DNA of 64,000 nt, taken from NCBI GenBank assembly GCA_041653675.1, contig JBAZEY010000002.1:12315-76314 (forward strand), given 5' to 3'. This document shows positions 53,000 to 62,291 of the stretch, in pieces. Under the pieces are notes generated by a model. That model searched no databases and had not been told where the DNA came from. It saw nothing but the letters and a program-made list of their open reading frames with translations. Within the stretch, counting starts at the first letter, position 1, and each line of letters starts with the position of its first letter. Source of the DNA: Patescibacteria group bacterium. GTDB lineage: Bacteria; Patescibacteriota; Patescibacteriia; XYB2-FULL-38-15. The position numbers and the translations under genes were made by a program.

Positions 53000-53143
53000 T
53001 TGATTTTTAATTGCCTATTCTTTTTCGTTTTGCTAAAATATAAGGGCTTAAAAGCCCGTGTTGGCTCCTCGGCTCGGAAATGTGAAACCACATTTCTCTC
53101 GCTCTACGTCGCCAATAGGGACTAACTAACACATAAAATCTAT

Positions 53144-53674
53144 ATGGGAAATTTACAAAATCCTAGAAAAAATCGCCTGTCTTGGGACGAAACTTTTATG
53201 AATATGGCGCTGATTTTGGCGCAACGCACCGCCTGCAAGTTTCATACCGCCGGAGTCGTCTTGGTTGATAATAATAAAAGAATTGTCTCGGTTGGCTATA
53301 ATGGCCCGACCGCTGGCGATGACCATTGTTTGGAAGTCGGCTGCGCCAAAGTTGACGGCGATCCTGTCACGGGAAAATTAAAACGCTGCCGCGGTGCGCA
53401 CGCTGAAATAAATAGCATTATCAACGCGCAAGACACGAGGAGGCTGGTGGGCGCGACGGTTTATACCGCGCTTTATCCTTGCTACGACTGCATGAAAGCG
53501 TTTAACAACGTCGGCGTCAAAGAAATAGTTTATTTTGAAAAATACGAACGGATAAAAACCGGCGGTGAAGGAAAAGAAGAAGAAAATGAAGCGCAGGAGT
53601 TGGCTGACAAGCGAGGAATTAAAATCAGGAAATACGACGGCCCGGTTTATTGCAACATTGATTTTACTAAATAA
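53144..53674 (+). CDS. dCMP deaminase (ComEB-type cytidine/deoxycytidylate deaminase)
   Basis: Zinc motifs HAEINSI and PCYDCMKAF. Confidence 0.85.
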   Translation: MGNLQNPRKNRLSWDETFMNMALILAQRTACKFHTAGVVLVDNNKRIVSVGYNGPTAGDDHCLEVGCAKVDGDPVTGKLKRCRGAHAEINSIINAQDTRRLVGATVYTALYPCYDCMKAFNNVGVKEIVYFEKYERIKTGGEGKEEENEAQELADKRGIKIRKYDGPVYCNIDFTK

Positions 53675-53696
53675 ATTATTGACGGAAAAATAAAAT

Positions 53697-54245
53697 ATGA
53701 TTCTCGGAATAAAAAAATTACACGAATTAGTTAAAGAAATTAATTTAGTGGAAAATTTATGCGACCGGGAAATGAATAATCCCGAGGGCGCCGGTTTTGA
53801 TTTGCGGCTCGGAGAAATTTATGAGCTTGAAGGCGACGGATTTTTAGGCGTGGAAGAACGAAACACGCCGGCCATAAAACTTGTGGCAAAAAATGAGGAA
53901 GGAAAATCTGAACAGGAAAACTCTTTTGTTTTTGAACCGGGAAAATATTATTTAGTGAAAACTATGGAAAAAGTAAACTTGCCGGTGACAGTTTCCGGAA
54001 TTATTTTTCCGCGCACCACGCTATTCCGCTCCGGCTTGGGACTTTTTAACGGCATTGTTCAGCCCGGCTACCAAGGCGAACTCACTTTCGGACTTTGCAA
54101 TCTAGGAAAATCAAATATCAAAATTTCTTTCGGCGCGCGAGTCGTGCACATCACTTTTCATGAAGTGCTGGGCGAAGGCAACCAATACCGCGGCCAGTGG
54201 CAAGGCGGCCGAGTCGCGACTGGTGGCAAAGAAGTGCAAGTGTAA
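53697..54245 (+). CDS. dCTP deaminase/dUTPase-fold protein
   Basis: GIVQPGYQGELTFGLCNLG core. C-terminal Y.GQWQGG tail. Confidence 0.65.
   Translation: MILGIKKLHELVKEINLVENLCDREMNNPEGAGFDLRLGEIYELEGDGFLGVEERNTPAIKLVAKNEEGKSEQENSFVFEPGKYYLVKTMEKVNLPVTVSGIIFPRTTLFRSGLGLFNGIVQPGYQGELTFGLCNLGKSNIKISFGARVVHITFHEVLGEGNQYRGQWQGGRVATGGKEVQV
54183..54245 (+). repeat. direct repeat DR1 (authentic 3' end of the dcd-like gene)
   Basis: CAATACCGCGGCCAGTGGCAAGGCGGCC...GGCAAAGAAGTGCAAGTGTAA. Repeated at 55141-55203 and, partly, at 54607-54642. Confidence 0.85.
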
Positions 54246-54268
54246 CAAACCACTTAATATAAACTGCT

Positions 54269-54595
54269 ATGGAGCCAAGCGGCGAACAAAATAAAGATAC
54301 GGAAATTGCGCGCAAACCACATGCATATCTTGAATTTGGTTCGTCTGGGCACGAAACAGAATATCTTTTCACAATTCAAAAAGATAAATACAGCGAAGCT
54401 CGAGAATTGCCGTTTGAATGGGAATCTAAACTATTTAAAAAGTTAGGACCAGGTTGGGGTGTCGCAAATAGAGGAGCAAGAATTGAAATTATTCCACCGG
54501 ATTCAAAACGCACTCCCGAGACTGACGTGAAAGTTAAAGAGACTATAGGATCTTTACTTGGCAATGAATATGAATTTGTTGAAAAATCACAATAA
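54269..54595 (+). CDS. hypothetical protein (cassette between DR1 and DR2)
   Basis: 108-aa ORF. No family recognised. Confidence 0.5.
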   Translation: MEPSGEQNKDTEIARKPHAYLEFGSSGHETEYLFTIQKDKYSEARELPFEWESKLFKKLGPGWGVANRGARIEIIPPDSKRTPETDVKVKETIGSLLGNEYEFVEKSQ

Positions 54596-54606
54596 AAAAA
54601 TCTATA

Positions 54607-54642
54607 GGCCAATATCGCCGCTGACGGCAAAGAAGTGCAAGT
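54607..54642 (+). repeat. direct repeat DR2 (degenerate, internally deleted copy of the dcd 3' end)
   Basis: GGCCAAT...GACGGCAAAGAAGTGCAAGT. Its relic stop codon overlaps the GNAT start codon (GTATGA). Confidence 0.7.
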
Positions 54643-55143
54643 ATGATAAAAATTAGAAAACATTTACAAAAAGATATTCCCTACCGTGTAAAATGGTTAA
54701 ATAATCCCGAGGTAAACAAATTTATTGGTGACGAGATGGGACAAAAGACAAATCTGAAAAAAGAAAAAGAATGGTTTTCTAATTATCAAAAAGCGAAAAA
54801 CAAAAAATTTTTTACTATCTGTGACGATTCCAAACCAATAGGTTTTATGGGATTATCGCATATTAGCAAGTCCAATAAAAACGCTGATTTATTTATTGTT
54901 ATCGGCGAAGATGATTATCGCGGCAAGGGAATCGGGAAAATTGCCATAAAATGGTTGATTAATTATGGATTTAAAAAATTAAAACTCCACAAAATCAATC
55001 TCGGTGTCGTTAGAGACAACAGCCATGCAATTAAAGTATATCGAGAATTGGGTTTTATTATTGAAGGAAAAATGAAAGACGAAATTTTTTATAAAGGTAA
55101 GTATCACGATTTTTTGTCCATGGCAATTTTTAATAGAAATTAA
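54643..55143 (+). CDS. GNAT-family N-acetyltransferase (cassette between DR2 and DR3)
   Basis: Acetyl-CoA motif YRGKGIGK. RimJ/RimL-like layout. Confidence 0.8.
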   Translation: MIKIRKHLQKDIPYRVKWLNNPEVNKFIGDEMGQKTNLKKEKEWFSNYQKAKNKKFFTICDDSKPIGFMGLSHISKSNKNADLFIVIGEDDYRGKGIGKIAIKWLINYGFKKLKLHKINLGVVRDNSHAIKVYRELGFIIEGKMKDEIFYKGKYHDFLSMAIFNRN

Positions 55144-55203
55144 TACCGCGGCCAATGGCAAGGCGGCCACGTCGCAACCGGCGGCAAGGAAATACAAGTT
55201 TAA
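55141..55203 (+). repeat. direct repeat DR3 (about 80-85% identical copy of the dcd 3' end, relic reading frame preserved)
   Basis: TAATACCGCGGCCAATGGCAAGGCGGCCAC...GGCAAGGAAATACAAGTTTAA encodes YRGQWQGGHVATGGKEIQV* after the GNAT stop codon. Confidence 0.85.
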
Positions 55204-55235
55204 AATTAAAAAAATAATTATTAACTTACAAACCT

Positions 55236-55550
55236 ATGGAACAAAAAAAATTCAACCCTATGGAACAAAAAAAAATTGAACAAATACCACTTCCGGAAAT
55301 CACACAATGCAAAACATCTGAAGACTATGAAAAATTAACAGACAAATGGTATGCCGAAGGATTCAGAATCGCCGGAAAAGAAGAAAATGGAACAAGACTT
55401 CAATCGTTAGTAGACGCCTATCGCGGAGATCCGGAGATAACAGACATACGATTAACTACTTGTTACATACCGGGTACTTCGCAAAATGATTATAGAAGCG
55501 TGGAATTGGCGGGATTCACCGCGGTCTGGATCAAAGAAAAAAAGAAATAA
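55236..55550 (+). CDS. hypothetical protein
   Basis: 104-aa ORF. The N-terminus contains a duplicated MEQKK segment, which makes the start codon ambiguous. Confidence 0.45.
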   Translation: MEQKKFNPMEQKKIEQIPLPEITQCKTSEDYEKLTDKWYAEGFRIAGKEENGTRLQSLVDAYRGDPEITDIRLTTCYIPGTSQNDYRSVELAGFTAVWIKEKKK

Positions 55551-55551
55551 T

Positions 55552-56550
55552 ATGGATAAACATCCTGAATACCAATATCTTGACCTCGCGCAAGATATTT
55601 TAGATCACGGTTCGGACAAAAAACTTTTTTTCACTCCCGAAGTTTTGGAGGAATATAAAAAGAAAGGCGAAGAACCGCCGTTTATTCGTTCGGTTTTCGG
55701 TCGGCAGATTAGATTTGACCTGTCGCAAGGTTTTCCGCTTTTGACCACGAAAAAAACTTTTTTCCGGGGAATTTTGGTTGAACTTCTTTGGTTTTTATCG
55801 GGAAGCACAAATATTAAACCACTGCTTGATCAAAAAGTTCATATTTGGGACGAATGGGCATGGAAACGTTACCATAAATATTGTGTTGCCTCGGCGCCGA
55901 CGGAAGATCTGACGCAAGAACAATTTATCGCGAAACTGGAATCGCTTCCGGCGGACGATGAATTTGTAAAAAAATGGGGCGACTTAATTATGGTTTACGG
56001 AAAAATGTGGCGGCGCTGGCCGGCCTCGGACGGCCGGGAAATTGATCAGCTCGGCTGGTGCATTCAAGGTTTAAAAGAAAAACCATTTAGAAAATCTTAT
56101 GTTGTTTCCGCCTGGAATCCGGATTTTATTTATGCCATGGCGAGCAAGGGTAATGCCAACGAAGTTCCGCCGTTTTGCCACACCACTTTTCAATTTCAAA
56201 CTACGGCTGACGGAAGATTGAATCTTGGACTTTATCAACGCAGCGCCGATTTATTTTTGGGCGTGCCGTTTAATATCGCGAGTTACGCCATGCTTTTACT
56301 AATGGCTGCGCAAATTACGGGACTTAAACCCGGAGAATTTGTCCATACTTTTGGCGACGTGCATATTTATTCAAATCATTTTGAACAAATTAAAGAACAA
56401 CTCTCGCGAAAACCATTCCCCTTCCCTACTCTAAAAATTAATCCTGATATAAAAAATATCGACGATTTCAAGTTTGAAGATTTTGAATTACAAAATTACG
56501 AATCTCATCCGGCGATCAAAGCGGAAATCGCAAACATCGGAGGATTTTAA
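55552..56550 (+). CDS. thyA: thymidylate synthase (ThyA, with an internal insertion)
   Basis: [15 protein letters not shown], catalytic FCHTTFQF and [17 protein letters not shown] motifs. I prefer ATG at 55552 ([12 protein letters not shown]) over the track start at 55486. Confidence 0.9.
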   Translation: MDKHPEYQYLDLAQDILDHGSDKKLFFTPEVLEEYKKKGEEPPFIRSVFGRQIRFDLSQGFPLLTTKKTFFRGILVELLWFLSGSTNIKPLLDQKVHIWDEWAWKRYHKYCVASAPTEDLTQEQFIAKLESLPADDEFVKKWGDLIMVYGKMWRRWPASDGREIDQLGWCIQGLKEKPFRKSYVVSAWNPDFIYAMASKGNANEVPPFCHTTFQFQTTADGRLNLGLYQRSADLFLGVPFNIASYAMLLLMAAQITGLKPGEFVHTFGDVHIYSNHFEQIKEQLSRKPFPFPTLKINPDIKNIDDFKFEDFELQNYESHPAIKAEIANIGGF

Positions 56551-56553
56551 TTT

Positions 56554-57051
56554 ATGACAATTTCAGCCATCGCGGTTACAAATAAAAATCGGGCAATTGG
56601 TTTTAAAAACAAATTGCTTTGGAAGCTTCCGCCCGACTTGGAACATTTTAAAAAAATTACTGCCGGCCATACAATAATTATGGGCGGCAATACATATCTA
56701 TCTCTCGGCCGCCCGCTTCCAAACCGCGTGAATATTGTTATAACTAAAAATAAAGATTTTTCCGCGCCAGGATGCATTATCGTTTCTTCTCCGGATGAAT
56801 CCCTGACTCGCGCGAAGGCTGAAGAAGAAAAACTCGTCAACACACAAAAAGAAATTTTTGTAATCGGCGGGGCTTCAATTTACGCGCAAATGCTGGCTGT
56901 GGTCAACAAACTGTATCTCACAATTGTAGATGATGCGACAATAGAAGCTGATACTTACTTTCCGGATTATTCTGAATTTAAAATTACGAACGAATCAGAA
57001 AATCAAGAATACAGCGGATTGAAATATAAATTTATTGAACTAGTGAGATAA
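56554..57051 (+). CDS. folA: dihydrofolate reductase
   Basis: IGFKNKLLW.LP.DL..FK..T.GH.IIMG..T and VIGGASIY motifs. Confidence 0.85.
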   Translation: MTISAIAVTNKNRAIGFKNKLLWKLPPDLEHFKKITAGHTIIMGGNTYLSLGRPLPNRVNIVITKNKDFSAPGCIIVSSPDESLTRAKAEEEKLVNTQKEIFVIGGASIYAQMLAVVNKLYLTIVDDATIEADTYFPDYSEFKITNESENQEYSGLKYKFIELVR

Positions 57052-57058
57052 ATTTTTT

Positions 57059-57634
57059 ATGAATAAAATCGTGGCTATCGTCGGGATGCCCGGCGCGGGA
57101 AAAAGCGAAGTGGCCGATGAATTCATTAGACGCGATTATCAATACATTCGTTTTGGCCAAATTACTTTGGATGAAGTGAAAAAACGCGGTCTTGAACCAA
57201 CAGAAGAAAACGAGCGGCCAATCCGCGAAGAGCTCCGAAAGCAATACGGCCCGGGTGCGTTTGCTATTTTGAATATTCCAAAATTTGATGAAGCTCTAAA
57301 AACCGATAATGTAGTGGGTGACGGACTTTATAGCTGGTCGGAATATAAAATATTAAAAGATAAATACGGGGATAATTTAATTGTCATTGCGGTTTACGCT
57401 CCGCCAAAATTAAGATATGAAAGATTGGTTGGCAGAGCTGCGCGACACGGCGCTGATCCAAAATTAAAATATCGCTCCTCTACTCCCGAAGCGGCAAAAG
57501 CGCGCGACTTCGCAGAAATCGAAAACATAGAAAAAGGCGGGCCAATCGCCATGGCTGACTACACAATTTTAAATACTAGCACGATAGACGAACTACTGGC
57601 CGACACAGAAAAAATTTTTAAGGAAATTATATGA
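57059..57634 (+). CDS. P-loop nucleotide kinase-like protein (dNMP/dephospho-CoA-kinase-like)
   Basis: Walker A motif GMPGAGKS. Located in the thymidylate operon. ATGA overlap with the next gene. Confidence 0.5.
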   Translation: MNKIVAIVGMPGAGKSEVADEFIRRDYQYIRFGQITLDEVKKRGLEPTEENERPIREELRKQYGPGAFAILNIPKFDEALKTDNVVGDGLYSWSEYKILKDKYGDNLIVIAVYAPPKLRYERLVGRAARHGADPKLKYRSSTPEAAKARDFAEIENIEKGGPIAMADYTILNTSTIDELLADTEKIFKEII

Positions 57635-58353
57635 AAAAGGGCATCTTCGTTATGGTCGACGGCATTGATGGCTCCGGTAAAGCCGCCGTTATTAAATCTC
57701 TGGCTGATTGGGCCGAGGCCAAAAAATTAAAAATTTTAGATTTAAAGGATTATTGCAAAACAAAGCGCACGTTCCCGGAACCAGAAGAAATTTCAAAATA
57801 TGATTGTTTAATTTCCGCCGAACCGACTTATTCCATGGTCGGCCAGGCAATTCGCGAAGAAATTATCCGTGATAATAATCGCCCATATTCGGCCTGGACC
57901 ACGGCTGAAGCCTTTTCCCTTGACCGTGAAATTCTTTACCGCCGCGTCATCATTCCGGCGTTAGAACAGGGAAAAATTATTTTTCAAGAACGCGGCGTCA
58001 CGACCTCTATCGTCTATCAACCAGTTCAAAAAGAATCGTTGGAACTTGAAAAAATTTTAGATTTATCCGGCAATAAATTGGCGCTGGAGTACCGGCCGGA
58101 TTTAATTATTATCGCCCTTGTTGATCCGAAAGAAGCCGTGAAGCGCCTGGCCGAACGCGATAAGAAAGATAATGTTATCTTTGAAAAACTTCCATTTTTA
58201 GAAAAAATCGCCGAAAGATTTTCCGCCCCGTGGTTTCGAGAACTTATGGAAAAACATGGAAGCAAAGTTGTTTATTTAAAGACAGATAAGACCGTTTATG
58301 ATACAATGGAAGAATCAGTTAATATTTGGGAAAATTTTAAAAAACATAATTAA
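57631..58353 (+). CDS. tmk: thymidylate kinase-like protein
   Basis: VDGIDGSGKAA P-loop typical of dTMP kinases. Longer and more divergent than canonical Tmk. Confidence 0.6.
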   Translation: MKKGIFVMVDGIDGSGKAAVIKSLADWAEAKKLKILDLKDYCKTKRTFPEPEEISKYDCLISAEPTYSMVGQAIREEIIRDNNRPYSAWTTAEAFSLDREILYRRVIIPALEQGKIIFQERGVTTSIVYQPVQKESLELEKILDLSGNKLALEYRPDLIIIALVDPKEAVKRLAERDKKDNVIFEKLPFLEKIAERFSAPWFRELMEKHGSKVVYLKTDKTVYDTMEESVNIWENFKKHN

Positions 58354-58386
58354 TCGCGAATTCCTTTTAAAATTCGCTAAAAAACT

Positions 58387-59118
58387 ATGATTATTCAAGT
58401 CCGTGACTTAATGCGCGAAAGTTGGGCTCTCTACAAAAACAATTTTTCTCTTTTCACAAAAATTGTAGTTTGGCTAGTTGTTCCCACTGTCATTCTTTCA
58501 CTCTTGCCCTTCTTTATCTCAAACCCTGTTATTCTGGCGTTGTTAAATTTTTTCCTCTCTCTTATTTCCGGAATTTTCAGCGTGTTTATTACCATTGCCC
58601 TGATTCTAACAATGGATGCTGTACTTAAAAAAGAACCCGTTAATCTCAAATCAATTTATAGTCTGAGTTACTCTAAAACGTTTTGGGGCATCGTCATCTC
58701 AATCTTGGTCACTTTGGCTGTCTGTCTTGGCACGCTCCTCTTGATTATCCCTGGCATAATTTTTTCCGTCTGGTTTTCTTTCAGTCTTTACATTTTTATT
58801 TTAGAAAACAAAAAAGGAACAGAAGCGCTTTCTGCGAGCCGCCAATTAGTAAAGGGAAAATTTTGGCCCGTTCTCTGGCGTTGGATTGCTCCGAATTTTG
58901 TTTATGGGATAATTCTTCTCATAATCATTTTAATCCCAATTTATATCATTGATTTTGCTACTGGCCAACCCGGAGCAAGTTTTACCGCAACTCCGCCTTG
59001 GTTGTCATTACTTATCGCAAATGTTATCCCCGTTTTCGTCACTCCCCTGTTTTACGCTCTTGGTTTTATTCTCTACAACTCTGTTAAAAAAGAAAAAGCT
59101 GCGAATCTGCCGCAATAA
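58387..59118 (+). CDS. hypothetical polytopic membrane protein
   Basis: 243 aa, about 6 TM segments. Confidence 0.55.
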   Translation: MIIQVRDLMRESWALYKNNFSLFTKIVVWLVVPTVILSLLPFFISNPVILALLNFFLSLISGIFSVFITIALILTMDAVLKKEPVNLKSIYSLSYSKTFWGIVISILVTLAVCLGTLLLIIPGIIFSVWFSFSLYIFILENKKGTEALSASRQLVKGKFWPVLWRWIAPNFVYGIILLIIILIPIYIIDFATGQPGASFTATPPWLSLLIANVIPVFVTPLFYALGFILYNSVKKEKAANLPQ

Positions 59119-59147
59119 TTCTGCGGCTCGGATCGTCGCGAAATTTT

Positions 59148-60692
59148 ATGCATCTTGTCCCGGTCATTGGACTTGAGATCCATATACAATTGAAGACAAA
59201 ATCAAAGATGTTCTGTGGCTGTGATAACACGGGCGAAGATCAGGCGCCGAACACGACAGTTTGTCCAATCTGCATGGGCCATCCCGGCACGCTTCCGGTT
59301 ATAAACGATCAGGCGCTAGATTGGGCTGGTCTTATGGCTCTGGCTTTGAATTGTAAAATTCAAAAATTTTCAAAATTTGACCGTAAACAATATTTTTATC
59401 CTGATCTACCAAAGGGTTATCAAATTTCTCAATACGATAAACCCGTCTGTTTGGACGGCTATTTGGAAATTGATATTCCTACCAAAGACGAAAATAAACA
59501 ACGACCTTGGGCAAAAATAAAAATAACGCGCGTGCATCTTGAAGAAGACGCGGCAAAACTGCTTCACGGCGAGGATGGAAAACATAGCTTGGTTGATTAC
59601 AACCGCGCTGGCACGCCACTCCTGGAGATTGTCACTGAACCGGACATTGCTTCACCGCTTGAAGCAAAAATTTTTATGCAGGAATTGCGCCTCATCGCCC
59701 GCTATCTCGGAATTTCCGACGCGGATATGGAAAAGGGACATCTCCGCTGCGACGCGAACATTTCTCTTCGGGAAGTTCTCGATAATCCAGCTAAAGAAAA
59801 AAAATTGATAAAACTTAACCCCAAAACAGAAGTTAAAAATATAAATTCTTTCCGGGCAGTAGAGCGCGCGCTGGAGTATGAAATAAAAAGACAAACCGAA
59901 CTTTGGGATTCCGGTAAACCGCCGAAAATTCTCGCGACTCGCGGCTGGGATGATGTTAAACAAATTACCGTGGAACAACGCACTAAAGAAGAAGAGCAAG
60001 ACTACCGCTATTTCCCCGAACCAGATCTCCCGCCCCTTGATTTAAGCAAATTGGAAGCTAGGGTTAGGAGTGAACTCCCTGAACTGCCTCGCGCTAAAAG
60101 AATTAGATTTGTCGCTCAGTACGAATTTACTGACGAAGAAACAAAAATTTTGACTGAAGATAAAAAATTATCTAGCTACGCGGAAAATGTCATCTCTGAA
60201 CTGCAATCTTGGCTTATCTCGCTTGAAGAAGTCGAGGGTACGGAAAAGGAAATTTGGGAAAAACATAAACACAAACTTATCCGCCTTGTCGCCGGATGGC
60301 TCATAAATAAACTTGGCGGCCTGATGGCAGACAATAAAATTGACATTCGCCGCCTGAAAATAACTCCGGAAAATTTTGCCGAATTTATAACCTTGATTTA
60401 TCAAAATAAAATTTCAGGACCCACGGCAATAAAAATTCTTGAGGAAATGATGATGACCGGCGGCGATCCGTCGCAGATAATGGAAAGTAAAAATCTTGGT
60501 CAAATAAGCGACACCGGAGAAATAGAAAAAATAATTGACGGCCTGATTGCTGAATATCCTGGCGAAGTTGCGGAATACAAACAAGGAAAAATTGCCCTGC
60601 TCCAATTCTTCATCGGCCAGACAATGAAAAAAACTCAAGGCAAGGCAAACCCGAAGATAGCCGAAGATATTATCAAAAATAAATTAAAATAA
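59148..60692 (+). CDS. gatB: Asp-tRNA(Asn)/Glu-tRNA(Gln) amidotransferase subunit B
   Basis: IGLEIH.QL.T.SK.FC.C N-terminus, RCDANIS and the C-terminal GatB/YqeY domain. Confidence 0.95.
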   Translation: MHLVPVIGLEIHIQLKTKSKMFCGCDNTGEDQAPNTTVCPICMGHPGTLPVINDQALDWAGLMALALNCKIQKFSKFDRKQYFYPDLPKGYQISQYDKPVCLDGYLEIDIPTKDENKQRPWAKIKITRVHLEEDAAKLLHGEDGKHSLVDYNRAGTPLLEIVTEPDIASPLEAKIFMQELRLIARYLGISDADMEKGHLRCDANISLREVLDNPAKEKKLIKLNPKTEVKNINSFRAVERALEYEIKRQTELWDSGKPPKILATRGWDDVKQITVEQRTKEEEQDYRYFPEPDLPPLDLSKLEARVRSELPELPRAKRIRFVAQYEFTDEETKILTEDKKLSSYAENVISELQSWLISLEEVEGTEKEIWEKHKHKLIRLVAGWLINKLGGLMADNKIDIRRLKITPENFAEFITLIYQNKISGPTAIKILEEMMMTGGDPSQIMESKNLGQISDTGEIEKIIDGLIAEYPGEVAEYKQGKIALLQFFIGQTMKKTQGKANPKIAEDIIKNKLK

Positions 60693-60699
60693 GCGACGA

Positions 60700-60723
60700 C
60701 CCGCCAATCTTTGGCGGGTTTTG
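60700..60723 (+). terminator. gatB intrinsic terminator
   Basis: CCCGCCAATCTTTGGCGGG followed by TTTTG. Confidence 0.65.
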
Positions 60724-60789
60724 ATATAGATAAGGATGGGCAGGCGTCGAAATTCTTTTGCTCTCTTGGCATAGAAAGGAGAAGCAGCC

Positions 60790-61032
60790 ATGGGCGCGAA
60801 AAGAAGGAAAGTCTCGACCGATCCGAACCAGCCGAGGTGCAAGCACCAATTCCCCTGGGGTGAATGTCCGTCTTGCCGCGGGAAATTCGGCGAACTGGTC
60901 ATTGATCTTGACCGTTTGCTCTGCGGTCCGAAACCGCCGCCCGAATTTCTGGGCAAGGAAGTCACGGACGCCCTCCGGAGGATGCGCGTCAGAAAGGAGG
61001 AAGGAACCCACGTTGAATCAAGTTCTACCTGA
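60790..61032 (+). CDS. hypothetical small Cys-containing protein, GC-rich cassette I
   Basis: AAAGGAG 8 nt before the ATG. 80 aa with C-x9-C-x2-C. Bidirectional terminator downstream. Confidence 0.45.
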   Translation: MGAKRRKVSTDPNQPRCKHQFPWGECPSCRGKFGELVIDLDRLLCGPKPPPEFLGKEVTDALRRMRVRKEEGTHVESSST

Positions 61033-61054
61033 CAGTACCGGGCTGGACCAAAAA

Positions 61055-61092
61055 GGGCGTAGTGCTAACTGCATTACGCCCCTCATTTTTTT
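61055..61092. terminator. bidirectional terminator shared by cassette I and miaA
   Basis: GGGCGTAGTGCTAACTGCATTACGCCC is flanked by an A-run upstream and a T-run downstream. Confidence 0.6.
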
Positions 61093-61993
61093 ATTTCAGC
61101 CACTTTTTTATTTTATTTTCTGCTTCTTTATAATTTTTTATCCACCTTATTCTTTTGTCACGGCGAAACCAGGTCATTTGCCGTCGGGCATAAGCGTGCG
61201 TCCGAAATTTTATTTTCTGAACCGCTTCTGCCAAATCATCTTTTCCACTGAGATGCTCCCCTATTTCTTTATAGCCGATTCCACTCATTGAGGGAAGGCT
61301 TGGACTATATTTTTTTAATAATTTTTTAGTTTCATTAACTAAACCTTCTTTTATCATTTGCTCCACGCGCTGATCAATATTTTCATAAAGTTTTTTCCGC
61401 GGAAGATTGATACCAATTTGCAAAACATCAAATAGCGGTTCGCCCTTTTCTCGTAATTTTGAAAATGGCTGACCGGTCGCGAGGCACACTTCAAGCGCCC
61501 TGATGATCCGTCGCGGATTTTTGGCATCCACTACTTTGACAGCGCCTGGATCTAACTTCAATAATTTTTTATACCACTTCGCGAGTGCTCCCGGATTTTT
61601 AATTTCTTTTTCAAATTGCGCCCGCAATTTTTTATTCGGTGGCACAGCCGGAATCTCTAAATTGTCTGCCACGGATTGAATATATAATCCGGTTCCGCCG
61701 ACCAAAAACGGATTTTTATTCCGCTTCAAAATATCTCGAATCGCCGCCACGGCTTTCTTTTTATAATCTGCCAAAGTAAATTCTTGATCAGGATTTACAA
61801 TATCGAGCAAATAATGTTTCACGCCTTTTTTATCAACCACTTTCCCGGTCCCGATATTCATTCCTTTGTAAATCTGTCTTGAATCGGCGTTCACAATTTC
61901 TCCACCAAATTTTTTTGCCAATTTTAAAGACATGCCCGTTTTTCCCGAAGCTGTCGGACCTAAAATTACGATTAGTTTTGGCAGTGTTGACAT
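61091..61993 (-). CDS. miaA: tRNA dimethylallyltransferase
   Basis: ILGPTASGKT P-loop. RQIYKGM.IGT and YAKRQ.TWFR-type motifs. Confidence 0.9.
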   Translation of the reverse strand: MSTLPKLIVILGPTASGKTGMSLKLAKKFGGEIVNADSRQIYKGMNIGTGKVVDKKGVKHYLLDIVNPDQEFTLADYKKKAVAAIRDILKRNKNPFLVGGTGLYIQSVADNLEIPAVPPNKKLRAQFEKEIKNPGALAKWYKKLLKLDPGAVKVVDAKNPRRIIRALEVCLATGQPFSKLREKGEPLFDVLQIGINLPRKKLYENIDQRVEQMIKEGLVNETKKLLKKYSPSLPSMSGIGYKEIGEHLSGKDDLAEAVQKIKFRTHAYARRQMTWFRRDKRIRWIKNYKEAENKIKKWLK

Positions 61994-62036
61994 TTTATAT
62001 TTTTTATATTAATTTAAAGGCAGTAAAGGAGGAGTC

Positions 62037-62291
62037 ATGAACGTCGTCAGAAAAATCTGGAGTGTGATCGTCGCGATCGCATTTCTTTCGCTCGCGGCAA
62101 TCTGCGTCCGCGCTTCCATCGGCCTGGTGAGTATTGACTCTAATCTCACCACCTTCCAAAAAGCATACTCGCTGGTATTGTCGTTCTTTATGGCAATTAT
62201 CTTGCTCTCGCTCGCCGCAAACCGCATTCGCGTCGGTTGGCGAAAAGAACGACCGCAGCAACAAGAGGAGGACGAAGAAGATGATGTCTGA
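62037..62291 (+). CDS. hypothetical two-TM membrane protein with acidic tail, GC-rich cassette J (gene 1)
   Basis: AAAGGAGGAG 5 nt before the ATG. Two hydrophobic helices. C-terminus QQQEEDEEDDV. Confidence 0.5.
   Translation: MNVVRKIWSVIVAIAFLSLAAICVRASIGLVSIDSNLTTFQKAYSLVLSFFMAIILLSLAANRIRVGWRKERPQQQEEDEEDDV

Noticed and set aside
52897-53125. ORFs 52897..53091 (-) and 52907..53125 (+) across long-stem element copy 3.
   Set aside because: They run through the repeat arms and AT-rich filler. They have no SD and low-complexity products.
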